The notes under the pieces: model-generated
The model's database searches: none
Told to the model about the DNA's origin: nothing
The model's input: only the letters and a program-made list of their open reading frames with translations
Part shown: positions 28,823-38,305 of the stretch, piece after piece
Numbering within the stretch: the stretch's first letter is position 1
How the letters are laid out: each line of letters begins with the position of its first letter
DNA from: Nemertoderma westbladi
Lineage: Eukaryota; Animalia; Xenacoelomorpha
Reading direction: 5' to 3'
Assembly (NCBI GenBank): GCA_032718475.1
Contig: JAUCBJ010003518.1
Coordinates: 1-43,852 of the forward strand
Length of the DNA: 43,852 nt
Position numbers and translations under genes: made by a program

Positions 28823-30520
28823 TTAGGCCGCCGACTCGACTCCCGATAAAGTCTCGACTCCCTCGGTAACCGAGGGTAGTTTGCGTCGCGTGTCGGCCAT
28901 GATGGCGGCCAGGGACTTATGGGTTCGTAACGCGGTCAGTCTGGAGGCCGGGTTGGGGCACCAGCAGTCCTGCATGAGTTCACTGAGTCGGCGCAAGGTG
29001 GCGTCGTACTCCCAGTGCGGTGCCACAGTGGGCCGACGGCCCTCCACGCATACAATCCGACGCAGTTCAAAGTAGGTTGGGTCCGAGGTACCGAGTAAGT
29101 CCTGGTAGGGTTGAATGCACTCACACACTGTCGCGGACTCTGTCGCGGACTCTACCCCGGACAACGCCCCGGACACCGAGACCGCCCCGGGCACCCCACC
29201 CCGCGTCCGTCTCGCTATCTCCCACACAACCAACCCCAACGCGTACACATCCGCCCGTCTGTAGGCGTCCATCCCCCGCAACTGTTCCCCCTCCGACAAC
29301 ACCTCGGGGGCCATGTACCGCCGGGTCCCGGCCCGGTTGTCGTTGTCCGGGACCTCCACCGTGTCCGTAACCGGCTCGTGAACCACCGCCAACCCGAGGT
29401 CGGCGATGCAGCACTCCAGTCCGGAATCCTTGACCAGCACGTTGGCCGACTTGATATCGCGATGGGCGATAGCCGGTTTACATTCCGGGATATGGCAGTG
29501 GAGATGGGCCAACCCGCGGGCGATACTCGCCGCCATGGAGACAGCGACGAGCGTAGAGAGCGACCGAGTCTTGAGATAGTCATCGAGAGAGCCGTTAGCG
29601 TGGTACTCCGTGATGAGCCACAACTCTGTTTTGATTCCGGTGTCTTTGAAGTCGGCGGCGAGGAAGCTGAGGATGTTGGGATGGCGGATGGTGGCGGTCC
29701 CGTAGATCCGGATCTCGCGACTGAAACTCGGCTCGTCTCGCGATGAGAATATCTTTACGGCGACGTCGTCCTCGGAGCGCCAGGAGCCGCGCCAGACCTC
29801 GCCGTACCGACCCCGACCTATAGGGTCACCCAGCCGGATCTGGCGCGCGATGGTGCGCTGTACGAGGAGCGGGAAACCGGAACCACTACCGGAGCATTCC
29901 GAGTCGCTCCAACCCCTAACCTCGTCCGGCTCCACTAACAACAGATCATGGCGCCGCCTAGCGGTTCGCCAGGATTTGATATTGATACCCAGACAGGCCG
30001 GGAAGGACTTCCCCGATAGTCGGAAACACAGAAGGCCGATAGCGATAAAGAGAAAGAAACCGGTGATGGGGATAACGCTAACGAGAACGAAGTAATGCGG
30101 GACATTAGGGCCGCCGGTAGTTGTCGATATCGGTGTTGTTGTTGTCAGGAAAGGAATCCTATCAACATTGATATTCTCATTGCAGTAGTCGGAACTGTTG
30201 CAGCAAATATTGATAATATTTTCAGAGATTATCTCTGGACAGTGTTCATGTTTGGTTCCTGCTAAATCAATCAAGCAGCCCTTAGATATACGCCAACCAT
30301 CTCCTTCTATAGTTTTGCGTACAAAGCAGTTGCCATTGATTGAAGCATCCACAGAGCATTCCGTTACCCCATCCGCTGTATCATTACGAACATCACCTGA
30401 ACGACAATGGTGGTTGCCTTCCTGTACGCACTGGCATTTAATGATATTGGCTTCCAGTTGAAATAAAATATTACTCAATAGGATAATAAGACATTTAATA
30501 TAAACATTAATAGCATCCAT
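28823..30520 (-). CDS. TGF-beta superfamily type I receptor serine/threonine kinase (ALK family; L45 loop closest to ALK4/5/7), coding region intronless
   Basis: 565-aa ORF: signal peptide, Cys-rich ectodomain ending CCNSSDYCN, TM segment (FVLVSVIPITGFFLFIAIGLLCF), GS box SGSGSGFPLLVQRTIARQI, kinase motifs GRGRYG, VAVK, HRDIKSAN, DLG, GTRRYMAPE, and C-terminal RLTALR. Confidence 0.97.
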   Translation of the reverse strand: MDAINVYIKCLIILLSNILFQLEANIIKCQCVQEGNHHCRSGDVRNDTADGVTECSVDASINGNCFVRKTIEGDGWRISKGCLIDLAGTKHEHCPEIISENIINICCNSSDYCNENINVDRIPFLTTTTPISTTTGGPNVPHYFVLVSVIPITGFFLFIAIGLLCFRLSGKSFPACLGINIKSWRTARRRHDLLLVEPDEVRGWSDSECSGSGSGFPLLVQRTIARQIRLGDPIGRGRYGEVWRGSWRSEDDVAVKIFSSRDEPSFSREIRIYGTATIRHPNILSFLAADFKDTGIKTELWLITEYHANGSLDDYLKTRSLSTLVAVSMAASIARGLAHLHCHIPECKPAIAHRDIKSANVLVKDSGLECCIADLGLAVVHEPVTDTVEVPDNDNRAGTRRYMAPEVLSEGEQLRGMDAYRRADVYALGLVVWEIARRTRGGVPGAVSVSGALSGVESATESATVCECIQPYQDLLGTSDPTYFELRRIVCVEGRRPTVAPHWEYDATLRRLSELMQDCWCPNPASRLTALRTHKSLAAIMADTRRKLPSVTEGVETLSGVESAA

Positions 30521-31157
30521 TATATACTGGCATACTGGTTACATTTAAAATTTACCGGTTGACCGGTATTCAGTAGGCTAGTTACGGTAAGCTAAATACT
30601 GAAATGTTTAATGTTTAATAATGAGGTGGAGGAAGCAGAAGCTTATTGCACCTGTGCAGACATAATATAAAACTACTGTCAAAATATTTAAACTGACACA
30701 AACTAAGTACCTTACCTACTACTACCTAGCACTAATTAATGTTGATAGGAGAGTTCGTAAACGAAAGAATGTAGCATAAAATCATTCTTAAAAAAAAAAC
30801 ATGTGAAAAGTAATGTAAATTATGGCTGTGGAGCATAGGGCTTAAAAATATCTTAAATTACACAAAGTCGAACGTGAAATAAAATTATGGTTTACACAAA
30901 TAGGAAGAACAAATTTATATATTTAAAAACTTGATTTAATTATAGGTTGCATTTTTAAAACTTATATTTAATTATTTGGTTAAAATTAAAAGAAAGTTAA
31001 AAATTAAACAAAGAAAGAACAGTAAAGCCGCGAGTAAAAACTATTAAATGTACATAGTTAAAAACGTCGATTATATAGGATCAAAGTAGATAAATGCAGT
31101 TTGTCAATTAGTTATTGAGATATTAAATATTAATGAGGTCTAATGTGTATAATTAAA

Positions 31158-31335
31158 TGGTGATAAAAAAGTTTTAATAGAGGTTAGAAAAAGTTAGTTA
31201 AAAAGTTAAAAGTGGTAATCTAAAGTTTTAATCAAGGTTAGAAAAAGTTTAAAAGTTAAAAAGTGGTGATAAAAGTTTTAATTAAGGCGAGAAATATATT
31301 AAAAGTTAATAAGTAAAAAGAGCAAAAAGTTAAGA
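31158..31335. repeat. Degenerate A-rich ~50-bp repeats, probably 3' UTR of the adjacent CR1-like element
   Basis: TGGT(G/A)AT..AAAGTTTTAAT..AGG..AGAAA..AAAAGTTAA recurs about 3 times just downstream of the LINE stop codon on the minus strand. Confidence 0.5.
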
Positions 31336-31359
31336 GTTACTATGGAAGATATTTTACTT

Positions 31360-32640
31360 TTACATGGACCACCATGATGGGGTAAACTTAAGCGGGAAAT
31401 CTTTAAAGTGGGAGTTCAAACGGGTTTTAAAAGAGTTAAGGTTGGGGGCGGTTACAACGGCATTGGATAGCGAGTTCCAGGGATCGATGACTCGGAAGTG
31501 GAATGTCGTGTTTCTCTGCAGCAGCCGAGCACGGGGTTTCTGGAGCTTGAATGAGTGGCCGCGTAGACCAATCGTGGAAAGTTCGAACATGCTGCAGTCA
31601 GCGTTGTCGATACCCGCAAGGTAACGGTACACCTGAATCAGGTCGGCGCGATAACGGCGATACTCAAGGGTCGGGAGACCTAGTCGCTTTAATCTTTCCG
31701 GATAGGCTAAGTTACGGAGATTAGGAAATAGTCTGGTCACCCGACGTTGGACAGATTCCAAAAGTCGTATTTCATTTACACGGTGTGGCGACCATACTGG
31801 GGATGCATATTCTAGAATTGGTCTCACGAGGGCTTTGAATAAGTTGACTAGCGTGACACTGTCCAGATGTTTAAAGGTTCGAGCAATAAGGCCAGTTATT
31901 CCATTGGCTTTCTTCGCGATGGTGGCAATGTGTTTCCCGAATTGTTTTGGAAGGTCACCCCCAAGTCTTTCTCCCACCCTGACACTGATAGCACTGATTC
32001 GCCGAGATGGTAAGGGAACTCGGGGTTATTATGGCCAATATGTATTACTTTGCATTTTTTAATGTTGAAACAAAGTTGCCAAGCTACACTCCACGAGTAT
32101 AATATATCTAGGTCAGATTGTAGTGGGCCGATCTGCAGTGTGGGATGGGGGTTGAACATGACACTGTCTTTAATATCGTCCGCAAATAGGTATAAAAGAA
32201 ATCTTATAAGAGACGGTATATCATTTACGAAGCCAAGGAAGAAAATAACTGAAGCAACTGCCCCTTGGGGTACTCCACTGACCACAGGTAACCAATCAGA
32301 ATGTTCGCCTTCAACAACAACGCGTTGGTATCTATCACATAAAAAGTTTTCAATCCATCCTAACAAGTTTCCACTTATCCCTATTGATTTGAGTTTAAGG
32401 AGTAGACGTGGAGAAATCCAGGTAAACTACATCAATACATTGTCGATTATCGATGGCCAGTGACCAGTTATAGAGGACATCAAGGAATTGGAGTGTACAG
32501 GAACGGCCCTTCTGAAATCCAAACTGTTGTTTAGATATTATCATATTCTCTATACAGTGAGCCCACATGGTATCAACAATAATCCTTTCCATTAGTTTGG
32601 ATACTAAAGATGTCAAACTGATCCTTCTGTAGTTGTCTGA
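31360..32640 (-). mobile_element. 5'-truncated, frameshifted CR1-clade LINE ORF2 (RT plus C-terminus)
   Basis: Broken frames: NYRRISLTSLVSKLME..QFGFQKGRSC..VYLDFS; SGVPQG..LFADD; EKDLGV; RPILEYASPVWSP..LRGHSFKL..RVIDPWNSL..FKTRL. Confidence 0.92.
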
Positions 32641-34149
32641 ACTACAGAACTACTGCTGTACTGTGTGAAATACTAAATACACCATCCATTTGGTGAAGGT
32701 AGGCCTACATTAGAAACGACATGCCAGGCCCTACTGCCCTAGGTCACATTATCATTATCATTATATTTATTTCTCCAATCAAACAAATAAGAAATTGCAA
32801 TACACTTTCATAATTAAATCAATACTTATAAATGATGACTGAAGCTGGCTGACTGCTAATAGCCTGGAGCTAGTGGACGCAATCAGCCAGGTGTTAAGCT
32901 AAGTATCAGACATGAAATATTATTTTACTACCTTGGGTATTTATATTATGACACATTTTTTTATATCCTTAAATACTCTCCGGCCCAAAAAATGAAATAT
33001 TTATAGAACCATTAACTAAATTTATTGTGATACTATTGACCGATACCTACTTGGTTGAGACTAAAATTTGAAATTGAAAGAGTGGATGATGGCGATTTTA
33101 TTTAAATAGGAATGATGTTTAATTAATTGACCAAAACAGAGTAGATTCAGAGAAAAGTTATTGATAATTTATTTTATACAATTTGAAGTAAAAATAGTTA
33201 GGATGTTACGGGCGGCAATTTTTGTGAAGTCTTATATAGGTCAGGAAGTTAAATTTTAAATTTTGCACAAGAGTATCCAGTATATAAAAAAAAATAAAAA
33301 ATAATAATAAATAAATAGGGAGAAGTGTCAAATTTGTAAATTTTATTTGCAATAAAAATATTTTATAGGTGCTGTAGGAGGTGCTTTTTCAGGTTTTTTG
33401 AAAACATTGCTATTGTTTTTTTTTTCCTAATCATCACCGGTATCTATCACCGACATACATTTTAAGGTAACATTAAGCCTGTAAGCAGTAAAGCATTAAG
33501 CTAAGATATTAATTGATTGTTGAACCACCAACAAATAACATTCAGACATTAGGCCTACCGGTACCGGAAGGCAGGTAGGGCCAAACTGCCTAAATAATTA
33601 AACAAAGAAAAGCATTGAAGACATGACAGCATGACCAATGACTCACATGAGGAGTACAATTAAAATTAATTGCAAGCAAATACCGGCATGACCGGTAGGC
33701 CTACTGTAGTAAAAATCAAATTTTCTAAAAGAAACGTGATGTCAGGATGTTACTTAATTACAGGCAGACAGGGCTGGCAAAGTACAGAAGTAGGTTTTTT
33801 AGCACCTAGGTTTTTTTTAAATCACCTACTTTTGAAAATTTCATCAGAAGTAGGCTAGGTTTTTCAGGTTTTTTTAGTTAAATTTACTTTAAAATAGGGC
33901 TACTTTGCCTTTTAGGACAACTTTGCCCGATATTTTCTTGATCAACATAAACACTGGTTGTCAGCAATTAATTAGGCCTAATTAATTAATAATTAATTTT
34001 TGTACCGGTCAGCCGGTACTAACTGTACTACTGAATAGAGCATTAATCCGTTCTGCCGTTAATATAGGAGATTCTAACAGTATACATTTTATAGCTGATA
34101 GCTGTACAGCTGTAGGCCTAGCAGCCTAGTGATAATGCTAGTTATACAC

Positions 34150-34652
34150 GGGTGACAGACCGAACGTAATCAGGCAGTCAGGATCGAACGTAACATAGTT
34201 TTTACGAATTGAACGTAAACTCAATTATGTTACATTGGATCCTATAACTATGTTACATTCGATCTACAAATTACTAAGCTCGAATGTAACATAGGCCTAC
34301 ATTTATTTCAGTTGTGTTTTGATTTCAGGAATTAACCGATGAAATGCTTCGTTTATTTACAGGAAGAAACAGTTTGGTGTTGGTGAGTACAAAACAAAGA
34401 CCCAATTAAGTGACCTGCAATCTTGTAACATGTGTTAACTTTCGTTTATTGTTTTGGTTCCCCCAACACGCCTCTGTAACCTGCTCCTTTAAATCTATGA
34501 ATGGCAATGTTACATTCGCGCTTAGTAATTTGTAGATCGAATGTAACATACTGACATAGTTATAGGATCCAATGTAACATAATTCATGGGGTTACGTTCG
34601 ATACGAAATAACTATGTTACATTCGATCCTGATTACGTTCGGTCATGTATCC
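34150..34652. mobile_element. MITE with ~140-bp TIRs and probable 9-bp TSD (MULE-like)
   Basis: 34150-34291 is inverted at 34508-34652 (GACCGAACGTAATCAGG.., TATGTTACATTGGATCCTATAAC..); flanks GTTATACAC (34141) and GTTATACAG (34653). Confidence 0.8.
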
Positions 34653-35862
34653 GTTATACAGTCTGACAGTTATACACATGCATCCTACTGTCCTATAATC
34701 AAATATGTTCAAATCATATTAATTATAGAATTATGTGATATCTATCAGTCTATAGGCCTATACCTGTATACAGACAGATATAACTGTATAATAAAAAACC
34801 TTAAAAAACCTAAAAAACCTTTAGGTTTTTTTAAAAAACCTAAGCAAAACACATAAACTTATTTTTTTTCTTTAAAAAACCGGGGACGTCTATTTACACC
34901 AAAAACACACAAAAACTCACAAAAACACACAAAAACTCACAAAAACACACAAAAACATACAAAAACACACAAAAACAGACAAAAACATATGGCATATATA
35001 TGAAATGCCTGCAAAGGTAATTATCATTGCGGTTTGGGTTGTTGTCTGTTTGTATGCCTGTTTGTCTGTGTGGATGTAATTAATTGTAATCCAAAACGCA
35101 ATAGTCAGATAGTTATTGCTGAAATACCTATAGGCATAGTCCAGTAGGGTCAGCCTAATCACCCAACTTTCACCCAACTACACACAGCTACACCCAACTT
35201 TCACCCAACTACACCCAACTTTCACCCAACTACCACCCAACTACACAGCTACACCCAACTTTCACCAACTACACCCAACTATACCACCCATCACCCTCTG
35301 CAAATACACCCAACTTCAACGTTCAACACAACAGCATCCAACTTACACCAAACTATACTGTATGGCACCTATCTTCCACAAATTACAATATGTACAGTAA
35401 CAAACTCTGAACTTCTTTGAGGAATTGCTGAGATATGAACTTTTAAAAGTTGCATGTACTCATGCTGTATTTTGCCATCACTGCCCTGCAATTATGAAAA
35501 TAACTAACTAACATTTTATTTTTATTGCAGGTTGATTCTAGAATAATTGATGAATTTAGCAATAAATATACAAAGGAGAGACACAGAGACTATTGACGAA
35601 CGATCCAGATACCTATAGATGTCTACACATACCACGCATCAAAACTCCAAACTAAGCTACAGTACAAACTAAACTGGCGCTGTGGGATTGCGGTGAAAAT
35701 GAAAACGGTATTGATACACAGGAGGGTCACCGTCACAGCCTTAACGACGAAATCGCATTATTGGAAACTTCTGCTGTGGGAATAGCAATGCAGATAATTC
35801 GTACAAAGTTAATGGACATAAGTTCTATATTATACAGTATGTTTAATGCAATTATAATAATG

Positions 35863-36249
35863 TAATTATCCTTTATGTATCATAGAATACAAGAAAAAAA
35901 ACGGTAACATTATTTTCAGCTTCTTTATCTTAAACTTTATGGCCTTTATACTGTATTAATTAATTTTTAACGAAACAACAGAAATAATTTTAGAACTTTT
36001 TACATTTCTTATTACATTTTACATGTCTCAAGTTTACACTCCATTTGGCTCCCTGATCCAATCTTAATGGTTAGCAAATAAAGTACTTTCTGTATAATAT
36101 AGGCGAATAATAAATTTATCATGGAACCAAAATAATAAACGAAAGATAAGATCAAATTAATATAAAGGCCACGAAGTTTAGAATAAAACTGTTGAAAATA
36201 AAGACTATGTTACAATCTTTCTTGTAATATGATACATAAAGGATAATTA
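35863..36249. repeat. Degenerate ~95-bp inverted repeat pair (old MITE?)
   Basis: TAATTATCCTTTATGTATCATA..GGCCTTTATA(CTGTA)TTAATT at 35863-35961 vs AATTAATATAAAGGCC..TATGATACATAAAGGATAATTA at 36155-36249. Confidence 0.7.
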
Positions 36250-36254
36250 TAATA

Positions 36255-36382
36255 TTTTATTGTTAAATTTCTGAATTACTTAACGCTCGTCCTTGGACAA
36301 GCCGTAAATACAGTAGATAGATGGATTATTTGCGGCTCGTCCATAGACGAGCGTTAAGTAATCAAGAAATTTAACAATAAAA
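36255..36382. repeat. Long hairpin: 56-bp arms (~6 mismatches), 16-nt loop
   Basis: 36255-36310 is the reverse complement of 36327-36382. Confidence 0.9.
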
Positions 36383-37259
36383 CAACGTATTCTAGTGTAT
36401 AATGTACTTTTATCTCACTTCGGTCCCTCGTTTCAATATTTCACTAACTCGAATATGATAATAACTCGAAATAAATTTTCCAGTATTTACTAATTATCAT
36501 AGTGCGTTAAGGCTCGCCTTTACTACGTGGCTCGCATGTTCTCGCTGTTATGCCTCAGAACTAAACATTAGATATATTGTACTGTATGTCCTACTCATCT
36601 TCACATCCAAAAAAGCGACGTAGATTAGGATTTGTATGGTTTTTGAAAATTTTATAATTTGCTTTATAATTTTTTATTTTCAAAAATCCTGACCTGCGAG
36701 AAAGTGGTGAAAGGTAAGTGTAGTTGGGTGGAAGTGAGACAATGTTGAGTGTACTGTAGTTGGGTGATAGTTGGGTGTAGTTGGGTGGAGAATTGGGTGT
36801 AGTTGGGTGAAAGTTGGGTGTTGTTGGGGGTAGTTGGGTGAAAGTTGGGTGTAGTTGGGTGAAAGTTGGGTGTAGTTGGGTGTTTAGGCTGACCGTCCAG
36901 TAGTCTACACTCTACAGGTACCTTCAGTATAAATTAGATCATTGATGCACTCGATCCTCCGTGGAATCCCCATTATGAACATCACATATATTTCGCCTGG
37001 ACGGATGCATCGCGCTTATTCAATCTAAACATTACTATATGATTGTGATCAGGCAGGCAGGTTATGGTTGATATCAGTTAATGCGATGCCTTTGATAAAT
37101 TGCGCAAAGGGCGATTAAGTAATTTAATACAGTAGATAGTGTGGTTGCGTTTCCGCCAACATCTCTTTCCAAGCTTGGTGAGAATAACTCTTCCGGGAAG
37201 AAAAATATACTCGATTTATGACTACCATCATCTGATCATATGTTGACGTCACATTAAAT

Positions 37260-38305
37260 AAACAAAAACACACAAAAATAAACAAAAGACACATAAAGAA
37301 ACAAAACACACAAAAACAAACAAAAACACACAAAAACAAACAGAAACACACAAAAACATACAATTCACACAAAAACACACAAAAATATACAATTCACACA
37401 AAAACACACAAAACAAACAAAAACACACTAAAACAAACAAAAACACACAAAAACAAACAAAAACACATAAAAACAAACATAAACACACAAAATCAAACAA
37501 AAACAAACAAAACACACAAAAACAAACAGAAACATACAAAACAAACAAAAACACACAAAAATAAACAAACACACACAAAAACAAATAAAAAAAAACACAC
37601 AGAAAAACAAACAAAAGCAAACAAAACAAACAAAAACCCAAAAACAAACACAAATATACAAAAACAAACAAAAACACACACAAACAAACAAAAGCAAACA
37701 AACACACAAAAACAAACAAACAAAAGACACTTAAAGAAACAAAAACACACAAAAACAAACAAAAACACACAAAAACAAACAGAAACACACAAAAACATAC
37801 AATTCATACAAAAACACACAAAAACATACAATTCACACAAAAACACACAAAACAAACAAAAACACACAAAAACAAACAAAAGCAAACAAAACAAACAAAA
37901 ACAAACACAAAAACAAACACAAATAAACAAAAACACACACAAACAAACAAAAGCAAACAAACACACAAAAACAAACAAACATAAAGAAACAGAACACACA
38001 AAAAGAAACAAAAACACACAAAAACAAACAGAAACACACAAAAACATACAATTCACACAAAAACACACAAAAACATACAATTCACACAAAAACACACAAA
38101 ACAAACAAAAACACACAAAAACACACAAAAACAAACAAAAACACACAAAAACAAACAAAAACACACAAAAACAAACAAAACATACAAAAACAAACAAAAA
38201 CACACAAAAACAAACAAAAACACACAAAAACAAAACAAAGACACACAAAAACAACAAAAACAAACAAACAAAAACTTTGTTTTTGTTTTAAAACAAAACA
38301 AAACA
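37260..38305. repeat. ~1-kb degenerate 10-bp tandem repeat (AAAAACACAC/AAAAACAAAC) inside the foldback element
   Basis: Directly visible; same unit as the subterminal repeats at 34900-34988 and 39480-39597. Confidence 0.93.

Larger units (their letters stand above)
35148..36894. mobile_element. Second Foldback/MULE-like element inserted in the left TIR of the first
   Basis: Ends GGTCAGCCTAATCACCCAAC / GTTGGGTGTTTAGGCTGACC; perfect 9-bp TSD GTCCAGTAG at 35139-35147 and 36895-36903 (single copy in the right arm of the host); subterminal CACCCAACT(A/TT) tandem repeats. Confidence 0.92.

Noticed and set aside
28881-30461. Overlapping antisense/alternative ORFs in the receptor gene
   Set aside because: Expected shadows of GC-rich coding DNA; no recognisable motifs.
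30652-30714. Possible ~60-nt 5' UTR intron of the receptor (minus-strand GTAAGG..CACAG)
   Set aside because: Plausible splice signals but unsupported without transcript data.
32748-32900. Possible 3' tail of another LINE/SINE (minus-strand AATAAA followed by TAATGA repeats)
   Set aside because: Too short, with no associated coding remnant to support a call.
35160-35290. Telomere-like or G-quadruplex repeats (CACCCAACTA / TAGTTGGGTG)
   Set aside because: Explained as subterminal repeats of the 35148-36894 element, present inverted at both ends.
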